Positions 26,922 to 34,554 of a stretch of DNA of 58,827 nt are shown here, in pieces (position 1 is the stretch's first letter; every line of letters begins with the position of its first letter). The stretch comes from Candidatus Saccharimonadota bacterium (GTDB lineage: Bacteria; Patescibacteriota; Saccharimonadia; Saccharimonadales; JACDBH01), in assembly GCA_013694995.1 (NCBI GenBank), contig JACDBH010000004.1:1-58827 (forward strand). Reading direction: 5' to 3'. The translations under genes were made by a program, and so were the position numbers. The notes under the pieces were generated by a model, which had not been told where the DNA came from, made no database searches, and saw only the letters and a list, made by a program, of their open reading frames with translations.

Positions 26922-27488
26922 ATGACAGAAGATCTTTTTATTTTAGTACTAGCAGGTACAGCCCGCGAACAGCGTAAATCGATCCGTGCAGCTCGTCTAA
27001 TCGCGGAAATAGGCAATGGTATGGATGGGGTTAAGACTGAACTGGTTGATCCGAAAGATTACAACTTTCCGGGCGATGGTAATGACCCAGAAGGCAAAGA
27101 TCCACGCTACAGTGAGCTAACAGCACGAGCTGACGCGTTTTTTATAGTCACCCCGGAATACAACCATAGTTTTCCGGGCAGTTTGAAGCGTATGCTGGAC
27201 AGCGAACTAAAAAACTACATACATAAACCAGTAGCGCTAGCGGGCGTATCAGATGGCAATTGGGGCGGAGTACGTGCGGTTGAGGCACTTGTTGGTACAG
27301 TTCGCGAAATGGGTTTGGCTGTCACCTTCACTGACGTCTATTTCCCAAAAATACATGAGCAGATAGATGAAAACGGCAACTTACTGAACGACTATTATAA
27401 AACTTCAATCCCTAAAGCCTACAAAGAACTCATTTGGATGGCCCAAACCCTGAAACATGGTCGTGAGCACATCCAACCGATTGAGTAA
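26922..27488 (+). CDS. NAD(P)H-dependent FMN reductase family protein
   Basis: LVLAGTAREQRKS...FIVTPEYNHSFPGSLK. An AGGGAG RBS precedes the ATG at 26922. Confidence 0.8.
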   Translation: MTEDLFILVLAGTAREQRKSIRAARLIAEIGNGMDGVKTELVDPKDYNFPGDGNDPEGKDPRYSELTARADAFFIVTPEYNHSFPGSLKRMLDSELKNYIHKPVALAGVSDGNWGGVRAVEALVGTVREMGLAVTFTDVYFPKIHEQIDENGNLLNDYYKTSIPKAYKELIWMAQTLKHGREHIQPIE

Positions 27489-27513
27489 GTAAGCATAGCC
27501 CTTTTCAGCTATA

Positions 27514-28167
27514 ATGCTGCTTATGGTTTCTGCAATATTTGCAGCTTTAGCTATCGCTGCCTTGTTGGTCCTCTCCGAATATGCCTGGAAACGTGCCAAA
27601 ATCCAGGACGAGGTGGCGCGCAAGTTTGTGCATATAACCTCTGGCACATTTATTGCATTTTTACCGTTTTGGGTTAGTTACGATTGGATTAAACTACTGG
27701 CTGTAGGTTTTGTGGTAGTAAATATCGTCAATCGTTTTACAAATTCGTTCCATGCCATTCACTCCGTACAGCGTAAAAGCTGGGGTGACATTTTGTTTGG
27801 TGTCGGGGTATTCGCAATTGCTTGGTTTGAGCCGGCATCTTGGTTGTTTGCGGCTAGTATATTGCAGGTAAGTTTGGCGGATGGCTTGGCTGCCGTTGCT
27901 GGCGTAACTTACGGTAAAAAACATGGTTCTTATTATCTACTCGGTCAGCCTAAGTCATTTATTGGTAGCTTAGTCTTTTACGGTGTTTCAATGATGGTTA
28001 TTTCAATCACGCTTTTTTCATACAACTATTTTGCCGATCCGCTGAGTCTAGGGCTGGTAATTATATTACTGCCACTAATGCTGGCGTGCGTGGAGAATCT
28101 GGCCGTATACGGCACGGATAATCTTTTTTTGCCTCTAGCGACTTTGTGGGCTTTAAGCCTGTTTTAG
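27514..28167 (+). CDS. Polyprenol/phytol/dolichol kinase-like (CTP-dependent) membrane protein
   Basis: Polytopic, with RKFVHITSG and DGLAAVAGVTYGKK motifs typical of the DGK1/VTE5/SEC59 and CdsA-like superfamily. Confidence 0.55.
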   Translation: MLLMVSAIFAALAIAALLVLSEYAWKRAKIQDEVARKFVHITSGTFIAFLPFWVSYDWIKLLAVGFVVVNIVNRFTNSFHAIHSVQRKSWGDILFGVGVFAIAWFEPASWLFAASILQVSLADGLAAVAGVTYGKKHGSYYLLGQPKSFIGSLVFYGVSMMVISITLFSYNYFADPLSLGLVIILLPLMLACVENLAVYGTDNLFLPLATLWALSLF

Positions 28168-30030
28168 ATCAAGCTTCTCGCGTGCCTGTTTGCTGGCTCG
28201 GAAGCTACCGTGTGCCCTCAGGGCAATAAATATCACTACCACGTCTACTATTTCCTGCAGAGCTGCACCCAGGGAAGCGGCGTAGCGGCCGGTCGCAAAC
28301 ACCAGCTGCATAGCTAAACTTAATCCGATGCCAATAAGTATCGCCTGCTGGGCAATGCTAAAGGTCTTCTTTGCAATCTCAACGCTTTGGGCGACTTTAT
28401 CAATGTTATCAAGCATGATGACTACATCCGCCGACTCGCTAGCTGCGGTTGATCCGCGGGCGCCTAAGGCAATACCAATATCTGCTGCCGTTAGTACCGG
28501 CGCGTCATTTACCCCATCACCAACAAAGGCCACCGGCCTAAGTTTTAAGGCTTCTATAGCCTGAACTTTATCGCCAGGTAAGGCATCGGCGACGACCTCA
28601 TCAATACCAAGTTTTTTAGCGATGGAGTTGGCAACAGTTTGATTGTCGCCTGTAACCATTAGAGTATGTCGGATGCCTAATTTCTTAAGCCGAGCTAGCA
28701 TGCCATGGCTTTCATCCCGCACGGCATCGGCAAAAGTTATTATGCCCGCCAGCTTGCCATCGATGCCAATGTAGGTAGCTGTTAACTTAATAGACTGCCC
28801 CGAAAAGTTCGGTGGCAATGTGATTCCCTCGTCACGCAAATAATTAAGCGTACCAAGTACCGTGTATTTGCCGCCGATATGGGCATTCATACCTCGGCCG
28901 GGAAGTTCCTGTAATGACTTTACCTTATACAGTTTCAGGTTTTTATTAATAGCTTCATCGACAATTGCGCGGGCAAGAATATGGGTAGAGCTAACTTCGG
29001 CTGCAGCTGCAACCGCCAGCACTTCATCCTTTTTATAATTACCATATGCTGTTACTGACTGTACTTCAGGCTTGCCCTGTGTCAGGGTGCCGGTTTTATC
29101 AAAGGCCATTGTGCGTACTTGTGCCAGGCGTTCTAGGGATGACCCAGACTTAACAATAATTCCTTGCTTGGCCGCACGGCTCATGCCCGAAATAAGTGCA
29201 ATCGGAGCCGCAATGAGTAACGGACAAGGCGTTGCAACAACAATAACTTGCAAAAAGCGCACTGGGTCGCCACTGATTATCCAGACTGCCCCGGCAATTG
29301 CGAATGATAGGATTGTAAATGGAATGCTGTATTGGTCGGCCAGTCTAACAAAAGGCGACTCAGTCGACGCTGCACTTTTAACAAGTTTTATAATTTGCTC
29401 GTATTGGCTATTAGCGGCAGTTTCGGTTGCTCGCATCGTAACAACACCGTCAATATTCACTGCACCGCTCATCAACACATCGCCCATTTTCTTACTAAGA
29501 GGCAAACTCTCGCCCGTCAGGCTTGATTCGTCTATGCTTGTCTGGCCATCAACAATAATTCCGTCTACTGGTACTACTTCGCCTGGCTTTATAATCAACT
29601 TGTCGCCGACCGATACTAGTTTTATAGGGATGTCGGTTTCTTTCCGGCCTCTTAAAACATGAGCTCTTTTAGGTGCTCTATCAAGCAGAGCATGGAGTTC
29701 TACTTTGGCGCGGTTTTCGGCGTAATCTTCCAGTGCCTCGCCGCCTGTTAACATAAGGACGATAATCATGCCCGCAATGTATTCGCCTAATATAACTGAG
29801 GTTATTATCGCGGTGGCGGCTAATATATCGATACCGTATTTCCCACTCTTAAGGTCTTGGTACATACCCCATAAAAGCGGCATAACATTCGAAATAGCAG
29901 TAATACCTAATAGCCAGTGAGCGGCCGTGTCGTAACCAAACATATCTAGCCCAATCCCAACCGCAAAGGCAATCAAAACTAATCCGAATTGTTTATACTC
30001 ACGAAAAAACTGCCTCAAGTTCCTCAACAT
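28153..30030 (-). CDS. P1B-type heavy-metal-translocating ATPase without N-terminal metal-binding domain
   Basis: DKTGTLT, TGES, GDGVNDAP and the transmembrane motif ATPCPLL (TPC variant of CPx). Confidence 0.9.
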   Translation of the reverse strand: MLRNLRQFFREYKQFGLVLIAFAVGIGLDMFGYDTAAHWLLGITAISNVMPLLWGMYQDLKSGKYGIDILAATAIITSVILGEYIAGMIIVLMLTGGEALEDYAENRAKVELHALLDRAPKRAHVLRGRKETDIPIKLVSVGDKLIIKPGEVVPVDGIIVDGQTSIDESSLTGESLPLSKKMGDVLMSGAVNIDGVVTMRATETAANSQYEQIIKLVKSAASTESPFVRLADQYSIPFTILSFAIAGAVWIISGDPVRFLQVIVVATPCPLLIAAPIALISGMSRAAKQGIIVKSGSSLERLAQVRTMAFDKTGTLTQGKPEVQSVTAYGNYKKDEVLAVAAAAEVSSTHILARAIVDEAINKNLKLYKVKSLQELPGRGMNAHIGGKYTVLGTLNYLRDEGITLPPNFSGQSIKLTATYIGIDGKLAGIITFADAVRDESHGMLARLKKLGIRHTLMVTGDNQTVANSIAKKLGIDEVVADALPGDKVQAIEALKLRPVAFVGDGVNDAPVLTAADIGIALGARGSTAASESADVVIMLDNIDKVAQSVEIAKKTFSIAQQAILIGIGLSLAMQLVFATGRYAASLGAALQEIVDVVVIFIALRAHGSFRASKQAREKLDLKQA

Positions 30031-30301
30031 TAAAAATAACTCCTTTATGCTTGTTTGTATTATATATCAAATGAGTAATGACCGGATAAATCAAATTACA
30101 TTTTGTAAAACACCTAACAATAAATAAGTAAAAAAATATACTGCACAGCTATTATGCTTATGAAAAACTTAAGACACAACAAAAAGTGCGAGGTGTAAAA
30201 AATATTAACCAGTAAGCTTTGGGGCAGTTTTTGTATGCATCGAATGATTGCTTTGAAGCTGGCTGTGCGACCGAGCCAGTATGAAATTAAAGGAGGGACC
30301 T

Positions 30302-31978
30302 ATGACCATAGACCAATATAAACGTTATTTTAAGAGAGGACTTTACGCAGCGGTAGCATCGCTGTTTATAAGCCTACAATTGCCGCTGGGTATGCTGGGA
30401 AGGGCTTCGGCAGAAGAAATAACCGAAACCTCAACTCAACAGGAAGTGGTAGAAATTGTTACTCCGCCTCAGCCAATCGATGCCCAAGCTCTAGTCGACC
30501 ATGAGTGCAACGATACTGAATGGCATTTTGTGATTAATCAAATTAATGAAGAAGCCAATGCACCGGCTTCTATTCTTGTAACTTGGGCTAATGATGACAC
30601 CGAAGTTGTACTGCTTGGCAACTTTACCGGGGGTGTAGCCCATTACACGACTACTTCTAATCTTGATAGCACGGTAGTATCTGCGAGCGCTACTATTTAC
30701 GGCGAGTGGGATGGTCAGTTTAATTTGTCCCATGGGCCTTGCGAAGAAGAGGAAGAAGAACTTGGCTCCATCACCATCATTAAAGACGCCCAACCTGATG
30801 ACCCGCAGAATTTCGTATTTACTGCCACGGGAGAAGATGTCAATAACTTCACACTGGATGATGATGATAATGCAACATACAGCGACACCAAGCTTTTCGA
30901 TGACTTGAGCGCCGGTGGTTACACATTCACCGAAGGCACAGTTGAAGGCTGGACGCTTAAGGATATTGAGTGTTCAACAGAAACTGGCGTAACAATAGAC
31001 GGCGCAATGGTTTCCATAACCTTAGGCGCAGGAGCGAATGTTACTTGTACCTTCATCAATGAAATGGAAGAAGACGAGGAAGAAGATAAAGTAACTCTCT
31101 GCCACGCAACAGGATCTGAAACAAATCCGTTCATCAAAATTACCATCAGTGTTTCGGGTGCTTTCAATGGGCACCTGGGTAGTGACCACCAAAATGGCGA
31201 AGATATAATTCCTCCATTCGAATTCATGGGCACTACTTACTCCCAGAATTGGGATACCGAAGGACAGTTACTTTACCGTAATGATTGCGTAGAAGAGGAA
31301 GAAGATGGTTCCATCACAATCGTAAAGGATGCCCAACCAAACGATGCGCAAAACTTCAGCTTTACAACAACCGGATCAGGCCTGAGCAATTTCACGCTTG
31401 ATGACGATACTGACGCTACTCTAAGCAATACCAAGACTTTCAGTGACTTGGGTGCCCGGACCTATACCGTTACCGAGACTGAAACCTCCGGCTGGAGCCT
31501 AAAAAGCATAGTTTGCAGCCAAGGCGCAAATGTTAACTTGAGCGGCCATACCTTAACCATCCATCTTGCGAAGGACCAGCACGTAACATGTACCTTCCAT
31601 AACGATAAGGCTATCGTTATCCTTACTGGAGGTGGTGGAGGAGGTCAGGTGCTGGGTAGCACTACAACTAAACTAGCTAATACTGGCAGCGCGACTATTC
31701 CTAGTTATGTTGCTGTTGTCATATTGCTTCTATTGATTGCGGTTACCCGCCTGTCTACCCGCAAGGCAAAAGCCAGTAACAACTGGACGCACTCTGAAGA
31801 AGCAGGGTCATTCACGGCCTTTCGCAGCAATGTTATTCTCGTATCGGTATTTGCATCAGTGATAGTAAAGGAGATATTCACAAGAGCAAAAGATGCGTTT
31901 AATAGCACGCTGGCAGGACTAAGACAGCTCTATAGTTCACCGTGGTCAATGCCATATGAAGGGTTCTATAGGGCATAA
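30302..31978 (+). CDS. Cell-surface protein with two Cna-B/prealbumin-like repeats and a LANTG sorting-signal-like segment
   Basis: AGGAGGG RBS before the ATG at 30302, and a signal peptide. There are tandem ~105-aa repeats (GSITIIKDAQP...CTFIN and GSITIVKDAQP...CTFHN). KLANTGS is followed by a TM helix and RKAK, then about 75 extra residues. Confidence 0.75.
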   Translation: MTIDQYKRYFKRGLYAAVASLFISLQLPLGMLGRASAEEITETSTQQEVVEIVTPPQPIDAQALVDHECNDTEWHFVINQINEEANAPASILVTWANDDTEVVLLGNFTGGVAHYTTTSNLDSTVVSASATIYGEWDGQFNLSHGPCEEEEEELGSITIIKDAQPDDPQNFVFTATGEDVNNFTLDDDDNATYSDTKLFDDLSAGGYTFTEGTVEGWTLKDIECSTETGVTIDGAMVSITLGAGANVTCTFINEMEEDEEEDKVTLCHATGSETNPFIKITISVSGAFNGHLGSDHQNGEDIIPPFEFMGTTYSQNWDTEGQLLYRNDCVEEEEDGSITIVKDAQPNDAQNFSFTTTGSGLSNFTLDDDTDATLSNTKTFSDLGARTYTVTETETSGWSLKSIVCSQGANVNLSGHTLTIHLAKDQHVTCTFHNDKAIVILTGGGGGGQVLGSTTTKLANTGSATIPSYVAVVILLLLIAVTRLSTRKAKASNNWTHSEEAGSFTAFRSNVILVSVFASVIVKEIFTRAKDAFNSTLAGLRQLYSSPWSMPYEGFYRA

Positions 31979-31998
31979 ATAAAAACCAACAATGAAAA

Positions 31999-32024
31999 AA
32001 GAGGAGCCAAATGCGGCTCCTCTT
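31999..32024. terminator. Bidirectional terminator hairpin
   Basis: gaggagcc-aaatgc-ggctcctc, flanked by an A-run and a T-run. It lies between the surface-protein gene and tRNA-His. Confidence 0.6.
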
Positions 32025-32039
32025 TAATTTAACAATACT

Positions 32040-32117
32040 TGGGGTGCCTGATGGGACTTGAACCCACGACCTACGGTACCACAAACCGCCGCTCTAACCA
32101 GCTGAGCTACAGGCACC
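32040..32117 (-). tRNA. tRNA-His (anticodon GUG) with encoded G-1
   Basis: Cloverleaf with anticodon loop UUGUGGU. An extra 5' G pairs with C73, and the CCA is encoded. Confidence 0.92.
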
Positions 32118-32222
32118 AAGAACTGCGTTATTATATCTGTTAATGGTGTTTTTTACAACCGAACTACTTCGGCAGTGTTGCGAGTAAGGAGAGAGCAAAT
32201 TGCTTGTCGACGCTGTGCGTCC

Positions 32223-32432
32223 TCAAGTAACATTTTTGCTTCGGGCGAATTTGGGATATAGATGTGGGTAAATGCTTACAATTTTATGCAGTTCACGCTG
32301 GTCCGCAATAGGAAAAACCTCTGCAGTTGGTGCTCGATAATCGGCTTCTGTTTCGCTATAACGATGTAGTGATTCCACTGAGGGCATCCTGCTATTGTAG
32401 CACAAAAATGACTTAGATTCAATATTAAGCAA
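32223..32432 (-). CDS. Doubtful small ORF
   Basis: Only an ORF call. There is no clear RBS and no motif. Confidence 0.2.
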   Translation of the reverse strand: MLNIESKSFLCYNSRMPSVESLHRYSETEADYRAPTAEVFPIADQRELHKIVSIYPHLYPKFARSKNVT

Positions 32433-32470
32433 TAGCTGTTTAATAGCTGGAGTGTAAAACTATTTGATTA

Positions 32471-33046
32471 TTATGCATCACCGTTTATTTTATGTTCAGC
32501 AATTGTGTTGTAGACGTCTGAGAAGGTTTCGTGATCATACATATTTGCCGAATAGTCGGCACGAAGTATTTTCCTAGAATATGGCGTAATCAAAAAGGCG
32601 GCTGGTACTAGAAATAAACTGCCATCAATATTCTTTTGCTTATATCCGCCTTTTCGCACTGCATGAACCCAGTGAGGCACAAAGCTAATCATTTTAGCTG
32701 CACCTAATGCAGAGGGTATAACCTTGTATTTTGCATATGTTGACATTAATTGATCTGATATAACCGGAAATGGTGGTTTTTTCTCATGAATGCTAAAAAT
32801 GTTATTGATTATATTTTCTTTTGAGGATTGAACAAATGCTATGACCGAACAATCACTATTTAGCAGCAATTTATGTTCAAGCGATAAACGGTGGATAGCA
32901 AGATTGCACCATGGGCAGCCCGCATAACGCATAAAAACAACTAATAAATACTTATCATGATAATCTTTAATACTAACCTTTTTGCCCTTAACATCGGTCG
33001 CTGAGAATAGAGGCGCTAAATCTCCTATTTTCAACCGTCTGCTCAT
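32471..33046 (-). CDS. Thioredoxin-fold redoxin (AhpC/TSA-like) protein
   Basis: GDLAPLFSATDVKGKKVSIKDY...RYAGCPWCN (CxxC). Confidence 0.7.
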   Translation of the reverse strand: MSRRLKIGDLAPLFSATDVKGKKVSIKDYHDKYLLVVFMRYAGCPWCNLAIHRLSLEHKLLLNSDCSVIAFVQSSKENIINNIFSIHEKKPPFPVISDQLMSTYAKYKVIPSALGAAKMISFVPHWVHAVRKGGYKQKNIDGSLFLVPAAFLITPYSRKILRADYSANMYDHETFSDVYNTIAEHKINGDA

Positions 33047-33129
33047 GAAATGATTGTATCACTATGGAGTTGTTGTGCTGGTACAGCTTAGTGTACGAAG
33101 TTAGCACCAAATACCTAGATTTTATATGG

Positions 33130-33726
33130 CTAGTATGACTTTATGTTTTTAAACAAATCTGCTGTTTCATTGAGCTCAGGACAAGTTTTTTCAAGATATA
33201 CATATAATGTCTTGCCGTTGCTTAACTGAACAGTATGCTTCAATTCGTTTTCGGTGTCTTCTGCGGGAACTTGTTCATAAAGTAATTTTATACCCCTAGA
33301 ACAGGACTGAAGTTTTGGTATAGCAGCAAATAATTCATTATGGTTCGATGCAATGTAAAGCTTTTCAGTACCCCTGACCGGGTATGTACTCACACTTAGC
33401 CCACCATAGGAATTTGTTACGTCTCCTGAGTCATCTAAATATGTAATTTCAAGAATATTGCCTGGGTTAGGTAGGTAAAGCCTGCTCTTTGGAAAGTAAA
33501 TATCACCTGTCTGTGGTTCTACGGGCGCACCCTTTTTAAGTCCTCTTACTGCCAGCAATACTAGTTCCCTTGTTTGCACAATATTTGATTGATTTGCGGC
33601 AGCATTGTAATATTGAGCCTTTAATAGTCCAAAATTAGCTCCCATAATAATAAGAGCTAATACAATTACGCTAATCGCGACTTTCTTTATCGCCAACATT
33701 TCGTGTTTTTTATGTTGTTTTTTCAT
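33130..33726 (-). CDS. Hypothetical N-terminally anchored/secreted protein
   Basis: N-terminal TM (VAISVIVLALIIMGANFGLL). No recognisable domain. Confidence 0.55.
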   Translation of the reverse strand: MKKQHKKHEMLAIKKVAISVIVLALIIMGANFGLLKAQYYNAAANQSNIVQTRELVLLAVRGLKKGAPVEPQTGDIYFPKSRLYLPNPGNILEITYLDDSGDVTNSYGGLSVSTYPVRGTEKLYIASNHNELFAAIPKLQSCSRGIKLLYEQVPAEDTENELKHTVQLSNGKTLYVYLEKTCPELNETADLFKNIKSY

Positions 33727-33771
33727 TTTTTATCCTTAGTTATGGCTAGCCTTAGTTTAGCATAAACGAAG

Positions 33772-33792
33772 TGGTACACCCGGAGGGATTCG
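33772..33792 (-). repeat. Exact 21-nt copy of the tRNA-Arg(UCU) 3' end (att-like)
   Basis: tggtacacccggagggattcg is identical to 33946-33966, in the same orientation. Confidence 0.9.
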
Positions 33793-33898
33793 CCTGGCTA
33801 GCAATTCAAAATTAGAATTGCTTAAAGCCACCCCAAATCCAGTTGGTTTGGGGCAAGGGGCGGGGAATGTCCACTGGACATTCCCGTTCGAATCCCTC
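33783..33898 (-). repeat. Structured repeat copy A4 (four-way-junction-like fold)
   Basis: A 10-bp closing stem, gagggattcg (33783-33792) with cgaatccctc (33889-33898), encloses three hairpins at 33801-33821, 33831-33853 and 33863-33885. The last has the family CCAGUGG top. Confidence 0.55.
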
Positions 33899-33904
33899 GC
33901 TGAG

Positions 33905-33949
33905 ACCAAAATAAGAAGTTCTAGGCAAGCTAGAACTTCTTATTTTGGT
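33905..33949 (-). terminator. 20-bp perfect hairpin beginning at ACCA of tRNA-Arg(UCU)
   Basis: accaaaataagaagttctag / ctagaacttcttattttggt with loop gcaag. Confidence 0.5.
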
Positions 33950-34022
33950 ACACCCGGAGGGATTCGAACCCCCGACCTGTGGGATAGAAGCCCATTGCTC
34001 TAATCCGCTGAGCTACGGGTGC
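33946..34022 (-). tRNA. tRNA-Arg (anticodon UCU)
   Basis: 77-nt cloverleaf. Acceptor GCACCCG/CGGGUGU (G1-U72), anticodon loop CUUCUAU, T-loop UUCGAAU, and the CCA is encoded. Confidence 0.9.
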
Positions 34023-34059
34023 ATACCTAACGATTTTAACATTAAAATTGTTCTAATAG

Positions 34060-34240
34060 GGATTCGACCCGCATTCTGCGGGCCCGCAACTACATCTTTC
34101 AAAACAAGTTTTGAAGAGTAGGTTGCCTTGCAAACCGCCACTGGCGGCTTTCACCACGACTCATAAACTGCCTGTGGCAGTTTATGCTTTTCATGCTTGA
34201 CCGAATGAGAAGGTTTATCTCCGTGAGAGTATATAAGTCA
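34060..34240 (-). repeat. Structured repeat copy A3
   Basis: Hairpins at 34068-34082 (GAA loop), 34098-34115 (CUUG top), 34135-34147 (CCAGUGG top) and 34163-34185. Their order and tops match copies A1 and A2. Confidence 0.5.
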
Positions 34241-34288
34241 GGTGTGATAGAAGCCCATTGATCCAAGTCCTGTCTGAGCTACCGGGGC
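34241..34288 (-). pseudogene. tRNA-Arg(UCU)-like 5' portion (acceptor through variable region)
   Basis: The reverse complement reads GCCCCGG-UA-GCUC...AAUGGG-CUUCUAU-CACAC-CUGAC, paralleling the intact tRNA-Arg. No T-arm or matching 3' acceptor strand follows. Confidence 0.6.
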
Positions 34289-34413
34289 GTAACTTTTGCA
34301 TCACGCAAAAGTAATGACCAATCTTCAATTCACAATTCTCAGTGAAGGAATTAATACTTCAAAGCCAGAGGCTTTGTCTGACACCGGTAAATGTAAATTG
34401 TTAAATGGTAAAT

Positions 34414-34430
34414 GCTTTGCGAAGCAAAGC
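34414..34430 (-). terminator. Hairpin abutting the 3' end of tRNA-Gly
   Basis: gctttgc-gaa-gcaaagc, 1 nt from the CCA. Confidence 0.35.
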
Positions 34431-34431
34431 G

Positions 34432-34506
34432 TGGTGCGGGATGGGGTAGTCGAAACCCCGTCTTAAGTTTGGAAAACTTACATATTAACCGTTATACGAA
34501 TCCCGC
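34432..34506 (-). tRNA. tRNA-Gly (anticodon UCC)
   Basis: 75-nt cloverleaf. Acceptor GCGGGAU/AUCCCGC, anticodon stem UAAGU/ACUUA, loop UUUCCAA, and the CCA is encoded. Confidence 0.9.
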
Positions 34507-34554
34507 TAGAACAGAGGTGATTATACCATTCATGCCTATAATTGCATACTTATA

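Noticed and set aside
33772-33900. tmRNA-like 3' end (T-arm plus ...CGGGUGUACCA)
   Set aside because: It has no G3-U70 alanine identity pair, no tag reading frame or pseudoknots, and is only about 125 nt. The 3' end is an exact copy of tRNA-Arg.
34024-34288. Group I intron within a tRNA-Arg(UCU)
   Set aside because: There is no 3' exon: no T-arm followed by an acceptor strand complementary to GCCCCGG. The insert is shorter than known group I introns and no P7/G-binding core was recognisable.
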